Positions 1 to 21,591 of a DNA stretch of 64,000 bases are shown here, piece after piece (position 1 is the stretch's first letter; every line of letters begins with the position of its first letter). Where the stretch lies: positions 8,680,001 to 8,744,000 of the forward strand of contig CATNEN010000002.1 in assembly GCA_950097015.1 (NCBI GenBank), read 5' to 3'. The notes under the pieces are model-generated. The model was given only the letters and a program-made list of their open reading frames with translations. It had not been told where the DNA came from and searched no databases. The translations under genes were made by a program, and so were the position numbers. Source of the DNA: Macrostomum hystrix. Taxonomy: Eukaryota; Animalia; Platyhelminthes.

Positions 1-670
1 TCCAGTTGTGTAATATCCCATATCCAGTTCTGTAATATCCCATATCCAGTTGTGTAATATCCCATATCCAGTTCTGTAATATCCCATATCCAGTTGTGTA
101 ATATCCCATATCCAGTTCTGTAATATCCCATATCCAGTTGTGTAATATCCCATATCCAGTTATGTAATATCCCATATCCAGTTCTGTAATATCCCATATC
201 CAGTTCTGTAATATCCCATATCCAGTTGTGTAATATCCCATATCCAGTTCTGTAATATCCCATATCCAGTTGTGTAATATCCCATATCCAGTTCTGTAAT
301 ATCCCATATCCAGTTGTGTAATATCCCATATCCAGTTCTGTAATATCCCATATCCAGTTGTGTAATATCCCATATCCAGTTCTGTAACATCCCATATCCA
401 GTTGTGTAATATCCCATATCCAGTTCTGTAATATCCCATATCCAGTTCTGTAATATCCCACATCCAGTTCTGTAATATCCCATATCCAGTTCTGTAATAT
501 CCCATATCCAGTTCTGTAATATCCCATATCCAGTTATGTAATATCCCATATCCAGTTCTGTAATATCCCATATCCAGTTGTGTAATATCCCATATCCAGT
601 TCTGTAATATCCCATATCCAGTTCTCTAATATCCCATATCCAGTTGTGTAATATCCCATATCCAGTTCTA
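1..670. repeat. 22-bp minisatellite (TCCAGTT[G/C]TGTAATATCCCATA), ~30 copies in window, runs off left edge
   Basis: Direct tandem periodicity, G/C variants often alternating. Begins ~10 nt after a GTGAGT donor on the - strand (680-675), so intronic. Confidence 0.97.
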
Positions 671-680
671 AAATACTCAC

Positions 681-11112
<10,432 letters not shown>

Positions 11113-11619
11113 GCATCACCTGTAGAATGGCATCTGAAGCGCCGGTTGCTATAGACGCTTTCAGGAAAAATCTGGCACAAGATTTGCATATGTGTGCCAT
11201 TCCTTTTTAAAGTCTTCTGAGACTGCGCTGCTGCTGCACTTTTCACGCAGACAATTGCCGGCCCAGCCGCTCCGGTGAGTTGAGTGAGCTACCCTTGAGT
11301 AGCTACCAACCTGAAAGTTTGGCGGACAGCAAAGTCCCAACTGGAAAGGCCAATACTACTGCGCTAGGATGCGAATGGGGTAGATCAGGATAATTGAAGA
11401 CAGAAATTGGGTTCAGGGGAATGTCAACAAAAGAACAAAGAAGTGAATTGGTGGCAGACAGGCAAATAGACAAGCAGGGGACACTTAAAATAGACTGACA
11501 CTCAGCAGACAGGCAGGTGAGTGAGTGGGGATACAACACAAAACCTAAATATCACTTTCTTAAATTCCCAAAATCTCACATGTCCTGAATCCCACATCAC
11601 TAAATTCAATTCGCTTATA

Positions 11620-12430
11620 CAGAATTCCACAATCCAGCATTTCCCCAATCCCACATTCCCCAATCCCACATTGCCCAAATAACACATTCCCCAATCTCAC
11701 ATTCCCCAATCCCACATTCCCTAAATCCCACATTGCCCAAATACCACATTCCCCAATCCCACATTCCCCAATCCCACATTCCCCAATCCCACATTCCCCA
11801 ATCCCACATTCCCCAATCCCACATTGCCTAAAAAACACATTCCCAAATCCCCCATTCCCCAATCCCACATTCCCCAATCCCACATTGCCCAAATAACATA
11901 TTCCCCAATCTCACATTCCCCAATCCCACATTCCCCAATCCCACATTGCCCAAAAAACACATTCCCAAATCCCACATTCCCAAATCCCACATTCCCCAAT
12001 CCCACATTGCCCAAATAACACATTCCCCAATCTCACATTCCCCAATCCCCCATTCCCTAAATCCCACATTGCCTAAAAAACACATTCCCAAATCCCACAT
12101 TCCCCAATCCCACATTCCCCAATCCCACATTCCCCAATCCCACATTGCCCAAATAACATATTCCCCAATCTCACATTCCCCAATCCCACATTCCCCAATC
12201 CCACATTGCCCAAAAAACACATTCCCAAATCCCACATTCCCAAATCCCACATTCCCCAATCCCACATTGCCCAAAAAACACATTCCCAAATCTTACATTC
12301 CCAAATCCCACATTCCCCAATCCCACATTGCCCAAAAAACACATTCCCAAATCCCACATTCCCCAAACCCACATTGCCCAAAAAACACATTCCCAAATCC
12401 CACATTCCCCAATCCTACATTGCCCAAAAA
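11620..12430. repeat. 15-bp-based C-rich minisatellite (CCCACATTCCCCAAT) with interspersed TGCCCAAAAAACACATT units
   Basis: Direct tandem periodicity with a composite higher-order pattern. Confidence 0.93.
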
Positions 12431-13151
12431 ACACATTCCCAAATTCAATATAGTCAAAATCCCTCATTTTAAACCCTGCATTTCCCAAATTTCACATTTT
12501 CTGAATCTTACCTTTCTAGAATTTTAAATCTCACATTCAGCAAATCCTACATGTCTTGAAATGCCATATTTTATCCCAATGATGCATTTCCCAATCCCAC
12601 ATTAATAAAATTGGACATATTCACAATCTGTCTAAAATCCTTTTCCCAAATTCCAATTTTCCCGAATCTCACATCAGCTATTTTCCCATTTCAGTCAGTC
12701 TAAAATGAATTACTAATTAATCTTTAAGAACATTTGCTACCCTTTTGAGAGAGTAAACGTGAGCTGAATATATTTCTTGAAAACAGGGACTTGTTCCATG
12801 CTCGGTATTTTTCGGCCAATCATAAAAAACCTAAAAAGCTTCCAAGCGAAAGGATTTTTTCAACAATAAAAGCTGAAAAATTGTCTTCAAGTTCATTAAA
12901 GACGACTAGAAAAAAGGTTAAAAAAACAAAACACTGGTAAAAGTGGACAATTTAAGGAGAAAGGTAAAAAAATTAAGGCACAAAAATACACTTGCCAGAA
13001 ATTATCAAGACGGTCGACACAAAAATAGTAGACAGCTTAGACAGTTTTTGCTCCACCCAGGCTTCTAATCTAGTTTCAGAGGAACATCATGGTCAAACAT
13101 AGCACAAGCACAACAGTTTGCGTTTTAAAAGTTACAATGGATGAGAAGGCC

Positions 13152-16100
13152 TCAGTCCTTGTCCACAATGGCCTGCAGCAGCTTCTTGTAGTCGCCGGAA
13201 GTGTCATCCTTGATCCAGCGCCACAGTGTCTGGCCAGTCAGCTCCAGGAAACACTTCTTGATCTGCGCCATGTCGATCTGCGGGTGGGAACGGTGCTAAT
13301 TTCAGTGTACACATCCAACCAATCAGATCATTCAGCCCTGTACACATCCAACCAATCAGATCATTCAGCCCTGTACACATCCAACCAATCAGATCATTCA
13401 GCCCTGTACACATCCAACCAATCAGATCATTCAGCCCTGTACACATCCAACCAATCAGATCATTCAGCCCTGTACACATCCAACCAATCAGATCATTCAG
13501 CCCTGTACACATCCAACCAATCAGATCATTCAGCCCTGTACACATCCAACCAATCAGATCATTCAGCCCTGTACACATCCAACCAATCAGATCATTCAGC
13601 CCTGTACACATCCAACCAATCAGATCATTCAGCCCTGTACACATCCAACCAATCAGATCATTCAGCCCTGTACAAATCCAACCAATCAGATCAGTTTCCG
13701 GCTCTCCGTTTGGTGGTTCTCCGGTGCGGATTGTTTCCGCTTATCCATACATAGCCTTATATTATTGGTTGAAGTATTTCTCTCGTGTCTCTCTCGCCCT
13801 CCCGCCACGGCTCTGAAACGTGGCGATTGACAAGTAGCCTAACAACCAAGGGGTGTCAATTAATAGCGCACTGAATGCGTTATTGACGAGGGATTTTTGT
13901 CGAGCAGATTGCAATGACAGCGACGCTTGACACCTCCAGTTAAGACTAATACTACCACGACTTGCTCTGATCAACCAGGTCATGCAGTCCTGTACACACC
14001 CCACCAATCAGAATAAATTCAGTCCTGTACACACCCCACCAATCAGAATAAATTCAGTCCTGTACACACCCCACCAATCAGAATAAATTCAGTCCTGTAC
14101 ACATCCCACCAATCAGAATAAATTCAGTCCTGTACACATCAAAAGCAAACAGCCTATTCGTTTCTCCGCTTATGCAGAACAATTTTTAACTCCTTTAAAT
14201 CCGCTGCGCCGAAGCCCCCGCAGACCTCTGAGCGGCTGACCACAATGCGAATCAGCGCCTTGTTATCCGTGCCGAGGCCCTTCATGCTGTCCCGTAGGCG
14301 CTCGGCGAAGTACATCGGCCGGCAGCGGATGTTCATGACGATGCTGCGCAGGGCACGCTTGTAGTCACCGCTGGTCTCTCGGTCGATGGAGTTCAGAATG
14401 TTCCGCTGAGAAATCTGCTCGCAGTTCGTTGGAATGAAAGTTGAGATAAGCAGAAAAACATTTCAGGGTGTAGCCAGGGTTGGATATGGGAAGCGTTAAA
14501 GTAAAAGGGTTTTGGGGAGCGTTACCGAGAATTCGGGAGTGTTTCCTTTCAATTTGGGAGTGTTTCCATGGAGTTTGGGAGTGTTTCCATGGAGTTTGGG
14601 AGTGTTTCCATGGAGTTTGGGAGTGTTTCCATGGAGTTTGAGAGTGTTTCCATGGAGTTTGGGAGTGTTTCCATGGAGTTTGGCAGTGTTTCCATGGAGT
14701 TTGGGAGTGTTTCCATGGAGTTTGGGAGTGTTTCCATGGAGTTTGGGAGTGTTTCCATGGAGTTTGGGAGTGTTTCCATGGAGTTTGGGAGTGTTTCCAT
14801 GGAGTTTGGGAGTGTTTCCATGGAGTTTGGGAGTGTTTCCATGGAGTTTGGCAGTGTTTCCATGGAGTTTGGGAGTGTTTCCATGGAGTTTGGGAGTGTT
14901 TCCATGGAGTTTGGGAGTGTTTCCATGGAGTTTGGGAGTGTTTCCATGGAGTTTGGGAGTGTTTCCATGGAGTTTGAGAGTGTTTCCATGGAGTTTGGGA
15001 GTGTTTCCATGGAGTTTGGCAGTGTTTCCATGGAGTTTGGGAGTGTTTCCATGGAGTTTGGGAGTGTTTCCATGGAGTTTGGGAGTGTTTCCATGGAGTT
15101 TGGGAGTGTTTCCATGGAGTTTGGGAGTGTTTCCATGGAGTTTGGCAGTGTTTCCATGGAGTTTGGGAGTGTTTCCATGGAGTTTGGGAGTGTTTCCATG
15201 GAGTTTGGGAGTGTTTCCATGGAGTTTGGGAGTGTTTCCATGGAGTTTGGGAGTGTTTCCATGGAGTTTGGGAGTGTTTCCATGGAGTTTGGCAGTGTTT
15301 CCATGGAGTTTGGGAGTGTTTCCATGGAGTTTGGGAGTGTTTCCATGGAGTTTGGGAGTGTTTCCATGGAGTTTGGGAGTGTTTCCATGGAGTTTGGGAG
15401 TGTTTCCATGGAGTTTGGCAGTGTTTCCATGGAGTTTGGGAGTGTTTCCATGGAGTTTGGGAGTGTTTCCATGGAGTTTGGGAGTGTTTCCATGGAGTTT
15501 GGGAGTGTTGCCACGTACTGTAAGGGTGCCACCATAGATTTTGGATTACAACCGTACATTTGGGGGCCAGCTCCTTCTGGCTCACTGCCTGATTAGACTC
15601 AGCATTTACCTTGACGTACTCGGCCCAGATCTCTCGAAGGGTGTAGTAGTCTCTCGTTGAGAAGATCAGGTTGAAAGTCTCCTCGTCTGTGCCCCAGCGA
15701 TCTTCGCCAGCTTTGAATAGTCGGTTGGCGTCGTTTTGAACCTGCAGGATTGGTTCGGCAAGCGGGCTGCGGTTGTTGATTTTGTAAAAAATTGATGCTT
15801 TCAAGCTAATACTGACTATGAGTAATCGGAGTGTCATTGTTGTGACGTGTAGAGAGTTAATTCAAAAAGATGATATGAAGCCAATTTTAATATTAATTTT
15901 ATTTGACCTTCGGCATGTCCACCAGCTTCTGGTAGTTGACCTCGAAGATTCCTGTCGGCTTGTCGTTGGCCATCAGCTCTTCTACCGACTGCTCCAGCTT
16001 CTCGCGGCTGATCTCGTAGCGACCGCCCTGGTTAAAATCGAGAATATAAAAACTTGAGGACTGAAAAGGCACTCAAGCATGAATGGAGCAAGATCCGACC

Positions 16101-19100
16101 ATCATATACCCAGCCAGCAACCAGATTTCACGGCCCAATTTTTCAATTACTCATTCAATGACTCGATGCTCAACTGCTACAAACTCACTTGCAAAGCCGA
16201 GATAAGCAGCTTCTTGAAGTTGCCGCTGGTGTCGCCGCGAATGTCGGCCTCCAGCAGTGTCTTGGAGGTTTTCCGACTGGGGCTGGCCACATCTACGTAG
16301 GCGTCCTTCATCTCACGGATCTGTGCGTTCGTACGCGTCATGAATATTTCAATCAGCGCCAGCTCATCCAGTTCATCCATGCCATCTCCGTAGATGGCCT
16401 CTTTAACCGACCAGGCGTCGTAGATGGCCGGCGCCACAAAGCAGGCCATGACAGCCTCTCGGAAGTCGCCGGAGAGCTCGCTGCGGATGTCCTCGATGAG
16501 GTCTCGGCCGTACATGGTCTTGAACATGTCCTTCAGGCGCTGACGCTGCGCGTTGCTGCGCGTGGCCACCACGTGGATGATGGCGTCCTCGTCTGTGCCG
16601 ACGCCCTTCATGGCCTTGCGCAGATACTCGCAGTCGGCCTCGGGGTCCCACTCTCGGCCGCTGAGGTCCTGAGGAGCCGGGGTAAAAACTCATAAATTTT
16701 TAAAACACTCAAGTGGTCTGACTGTTCCCAGTACTTCAGTGAGTGGTCTGACTGTTCCCAGTACTTCAGTGAGTGTTCTGACTGTTCCCAGAACTCCAGT
16801 AGGTGGTCAGACTGTTCCCAGTACTCCAGTGAGTGGTCAGACTGTTCCCAGTACTCCAGTGAGTGGTCAGACTGTTCCCAGTACTCCAGTGAGTGTTCTG
16901 ACTGTTCCCAGAACTCCAGTAGGTGGTCAGACTGTTCCCAGTACTCCAGTGAGTGGTCAGACTGTTCCCAGTACTCCAGTGAGTGGTCTGACTGTTCCCA
17001 GTACTTCAGTGAGTGTTCTGACTGTTCCCAGTACTTCAGTGAGTGTTCTGACTGTTCCCAGTACTTCAGTGAGTGTTCTGACTGTTCCCAGAACTCCAGT
17101 GGGTGGTCAGACTGTTCCCAGTACTCCAGTGAGTGGTCAGACTGTTCCCAGTACTCCAGTGAGTGGTCTGACTGTTCCCAGTACTTCAGTGAGTGTTCTG
17201 ACTGTTCCCAGTACTTCAGTGAGTGTTCTGACTGTTCCCAGTACTTCAGTGAGTGTTCTGACTGTTCCCAGTACTTCAGTGAGTGGTCTGACTGTTCCCA
17301 GTACTCAAGTGAGTGGTCTGACTGTTCCCAGTACTTCAGTGAGTGGTCTGACTGTTCCCAGTACTTCAGTGAGTGGTCTGACTGTTCCCAGTACTTCAGT
17401 GAGTGTTCTGACTGTTCCCAGTACTTCAGTGAGTGGTCTGACTGTTCCCAGTACTCAAGTGAGTGGTCTGACTGTTCCCAGTACTTCAGTGAGTGGTCTG
17501 ACTGTTCCCAGTACTTCAGTGAGTGGTCTGACTGTTCCCAGTACTCAAGTGAGTGGTCTGACTGTTCCCAGTACTTCAGTGTGTTGTCTGTTCCGGGTAC
17601 TCCGGGTTTACTTGTTTTCAAATCGTGAATCTACATTCACGTCTTCACCTGGCTGCGCTCTCGACGGTAAAAATCTGCCACAGGGTCGGCACTCGGGTAA
17701 GTCAGCATAGGCTTCACAGTGCCCTCCGTGATGTCAAATGTTCCGGACACGGCTAGTCGGCGCATGAGCTCGTCAACGAACATCCGTTTGATCTCCTGCT
17801 TCAGGCTGGCACTATTCGCCACTTCATCCTGCGGCGGCGGCAGCCGAATGTCAGGTGCTTTGGCTAAATTGGCAGCTTAGATTAAGCGGTAAATTTTACA
17901 GCAAACAGTTCAATTACAGGCTGAGCCACGGCTACCGAAGCTGCCTGCTGCTGCTCGTTTCCAGCCTCCCTCATGCGCTCCATCTCCTTGGCCATGGCTG
18001 CCATCTGGCGCTGCTTCTGCTGCATGGCCGCATTCTGCTGGTCGCCTATCTGCGTGTTCACCTGGCTGATGTAGGCGCTGTAGGGCATGCTCTGCGACTG
18101 GGCCGGGCCCATTGAGGGCATCTGCGAGTGGCAAATCATGCAAGCTGGCTACTTGCAGCAGGACCAAGGGATAGCTTCCCAGCAATAATATACACCAATG
18201 CTTGAAATAATTCTGTGCTGGAAATGATACTACTACAACTAACTTTTGCTCATGTACATGAAAGTAGTCTGCTATGCTTAATTTTTCTACTTTTGTTGCA
18301 CAGACCATTTGCAGCTGGGCGCCAAACTGCTGGTGCATCTGCTGCACAGCCGGGACGCTCTGGAACGAAGCGAACGCGTGCGACTGCTGCCGGCCCAGCT
18401 GGGCGGCCCCTGAAAATTCAGGATTTAAACAATGCGCTTATTTGTCAGCAGAATATTTGATAGAACTTTAGAAAGCAGTAATAATTATTTTAATCTATTA
18501 ATTTTATCATTAATTTTTTTGAAACGTAAAAAAAACTAAAAAAAAACAATCTTAAAGCTTACCTGAGTTATAGTTAGGATTGTAAGCGCTGCCTGTGGCA
18601 TAGGTGGCGTTGCTGACATAGCTTGGTGCCTGAGGCGGCACACCAGTTGTTGGATAGTTACTGCCGTACTGAAAAATTTGTTTATTAGAAATATGCTCGT
18701 AGGATAAAAACCGAAATACTCGTACCTGTTAGTGGTACCAAGTCCACTAAATTGAACGTTTTAACAAAAACTAATTTTATGTATTGGAATAAAATTGCAG
18801 AAATTGCATTTCAAATTAAAACAAAAAAATATCAATCATTACGAGATTCTAAATGTAATACCATTTACCTCGTGCTTTCTTCACCTTTTTGTTAAAATAG
18901 AGCATCAAAAAAATTAATATAATAGTAATTATAAAATAGTCATACAATTGTAATTATATTTTATATTGTAATATAATATTATCTAAATTATTGATGTATC
19001 TCTTGACGAAACGAAACGCTGTTTGCAAGTAGTGAATCCGCTGGGTGCATTCACAAATAAAGAAGTAGAGTAGATCGAAAATAACAGGCATCTGTTTGCT

Positions 19101-19533
19101 GATTCGAGTGTGAAATGTAGGTTGTAACCTTTCTCTCTTGCAATAGCCTTATATTGGTGGCTAAAGAACAAGACAGAAAATTCTAAAATATCAGAACAGT
19201 AGGTGGCAACCATAGATATAATAACATAGGAGCACACAGCCATCAGTTATTAAACATTAAGTTATTATGTCTAAACTACTCTTGACACGACTTTCAATAT
19301 TAGTAACTGTTAAAACGCAAGGGCAACTAAAACCTGAATTGGGGCTTTTGCTGTACACGTGAAAAAAAGTTATCACAACAAAGTTAAAAATATTATTCTG
19401 CCCCTACCACCTGAGGGCAATTTAATCAGGAAAAAAGCAACAGAAGCAGCAAGTTGTGTTATGCACTTACAAAAATGCAACAATTTTAATACATTTAGTA
19501 AATAGAACTAAGATTTGTACTCACGAAAGCCAT
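13152..19533 (-). CDS. Annexin with long low-complexity N-terminus (A7/A11-like architecture), 10 coding exons, 549 aa
   Basis: Exons 19533-19525 (ATG GCT TTC|gtgagt), 18668-18563, 18409-18306, 18121-17918, 17828-17649, 16668-16189, 16027-15908, 15741-15610, 14414-14226, 13277-13152; total 1650 nt, in frame. Four annexin repeats: AMKGVGTDEDAII...SELSGDF; IYGDGMDELDELALIEI...GDTSGNF; AGEDRWGTDEETF...RETSGDY; SMKGLGTDNKALIRI...DDTSGDYKKLL. The short N-terminal exons are less certain than the core. Confidence 0.93.
13305..13695. repeat. 33-bp minisatellite (GTACACATCCAACCAATCAGATCATTCAGCCCT), ~11-12 copies, last annexin intron
   Basis: Perfect tandem copies; a related 35-bp cluster lies at ~13985-14140. 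Confidence 0.95.
13985..14140. repeat. 35-bp repeat (GTACACACCCCACCAATCAGAATAAATTCAGTCCT), ~4 copies, related to the 33-bp array
   Basis: Shares GTACACA..CCAATCAGA..ATTCAG.CCT with the 33-mer. Confidence 0.9.
14548..15510. repeat. 21-bp minisatellite (GGAGTGTTTCCATGGAGTTTG), ~46 copies, annexin intron
   Basis: Direct tandem periodicity; inside intron 14415-15609. Confidence 0.97.
16710..17582. repeat. 30-bp minisatellite (GAGTGGTCTGACTGTTCCCAGTACTTCAGT), ~29 copies, annexin intron
   Basis: Direct tandem periodicity; inside intron 16669-17648. Confidence 0.97.
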
Positions 19534-21591
19534 ATTTACGTTTCGATCCACTTAATTCCTCAATTTTATAGACGGATGTAGTTCAATTCAAGGTTTAAAG
19601 TGCGCTAAACGAAAAAGAAAATGGATTTTAGTGACACTTAATAAGCATATAAAAAATGTTTTTAAACAAAACAGTTTTTTCACCGCGACCACGAGTACTA
19701 AAAGTAAAAAATGTTATGAGTATAAGTCCAAAGTAAAAAAAGTAAAATATTTTCTAAAATATAAAAAGTCTGCAACACGGACAGACATTATTTATATGAT
19801 AAATAACTTTTTGTTATGACTTCTAAGTGCAAACCTTAAAACTCGTAAATATTTGCAATCAGCACGAGTTAATTTCACGTTCCAATTTATATAGAATTTC
19901 TTTGCGTACCACCTGAATATGATATAAATTTCAGATTACGTTACTAAAAGTAACAATTTAGCTGATAGGTTTTGAAGGGTACTGCTCTTCAGCTTCTATC
20001 AGCTAACTACTAAACTACTACTCCCTACAACTAGCTACTACTGCTACTTTTGCCACTAGTAATTTCATAAACAGTTAATGTGACATTTAGCAATCATTAT
20101 TTCTACTATTCTACTGTTTACACTTTTTATATACTAGCGACATCGACGCGCCGGGCTCACAATAATTGAGACACTACACTAAATTTATTAGTTAATAAAT
20201 CAGCCTAAAACTTAGAATTTACTAACCTATACAGAAGTATAATACACACAGTTCTGTGTGAAAAACGTAAAACCTATTTCCACGTTCCAGCATTAATAGT
20301 AAGCCATCACAAATACCAATGTTATAGAATGCTATGAAGTTTAAAAATGTTTTTAAATAACTGAAACTGCATCCTGCTACGGGATTACAGTGCGCTAGGA
20401 GAATACAATTTATTTATGTTATTTTAGCCTTAGCTTAGCTTTTAATTATTTTTTTTTACTTTTTTACTTTATCTTTAGCTTAACTTTATTCATATTCCCA
20501 GCAGGTATAACAGCAGGTATGCAGTGGTGGTTGCTTAAAATACCGGTGTTAAGTTATGTAAACAATTTGCATATCATCAAGAGATCAGCAAAATACAGAT
20601 AGATGTTAGCTTGTATTTATACTGAATAATTTAATAATACTCGTAACATAGTAGATGGTTAACGTGGAATAGTGGGTTTTTAGGAATTGTGAGCGGCAGC
20701 TTTTTAACTTCGAAAAGTTAAATAGTTTTTTTCAACTTAAAAACATTTTTTAGAGTTGGTTTAATATGAAAAGAAACTGTCATTTAATTCTTTTTATTTG
20801 AACAATTTTTGTCTTCGAACAGAAAGAGACTGTGTGAGCAAATCACGGTAGACTATAAATATACTTTACGATTTGGCTATAAATCAATAATTATACAACG
20901 ATAGAGTAGAGTAGTCTAATGTGTTTCTGCTGTTAAATACTCATAGGTCTAAATTTTATACTAGCGAGGCCCATCTTAACTAAGTGCGCCTAGGGAAAAG
21001 CTTGAATTTAGCATACAGTTCTAACATGGCGAAAGAAAATGAATGTTTGTGGAGCACGTTTTGTTTCCATCTTATGCACAAATTTATACTTACAATTTCT
21101 CTGGATAGAAATATGTTTGCATCAAATTTTATATGCAATTTTTGTTCTACCTGTAATAATTGTAACTATTTAGAGGATATTAATTTTACACACTTTTTAC
21201 ATGTTATGTACAACTCTATGCTTAGCTTATCTTAGCTTAGTATAATCACCAAAATTGTAATGTTTTGTAATAATCATTAACATTTTAATATTAATAATAT
21301 TTTGTAATTGTAATAATTTATTTTATTTGAAGAAACAAAAATAACTACCTGTCTTGCTTCAAAAATAATATAATTTTTTTTCTTAAATATTTTTAGCCTG
21401 ATGGATAATACATTGAAATTTCTAGCTGAACATTTTCATTTAACATTTTCATCTAACAGTTTTTACGATGCTAAATTAAAAAATGCTATTTATTTTTGCT
21501 TACCTCTAGGTCTGGGTCTTATTATTTCATATACCCTGCTCTCGTGTACTGTGTTGACTACAGTATATTTCCCTAATAAACCCTTTCACAG

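Noticed and set aside
13089-13754. 221-aa + strand ORF
   Set aside because: Antisense shadow of the last annexin exon running into the 33-bp repeat.
14365-17710. 300-490-aa repetitive ORFs (PWKHSQT, MEFGSVS, YWEQSDHSL, TVPSTSVS)
   Set aside because: They lie in annexin introns bounded by canonical splice sites; the annexin repeats join correctly without them.
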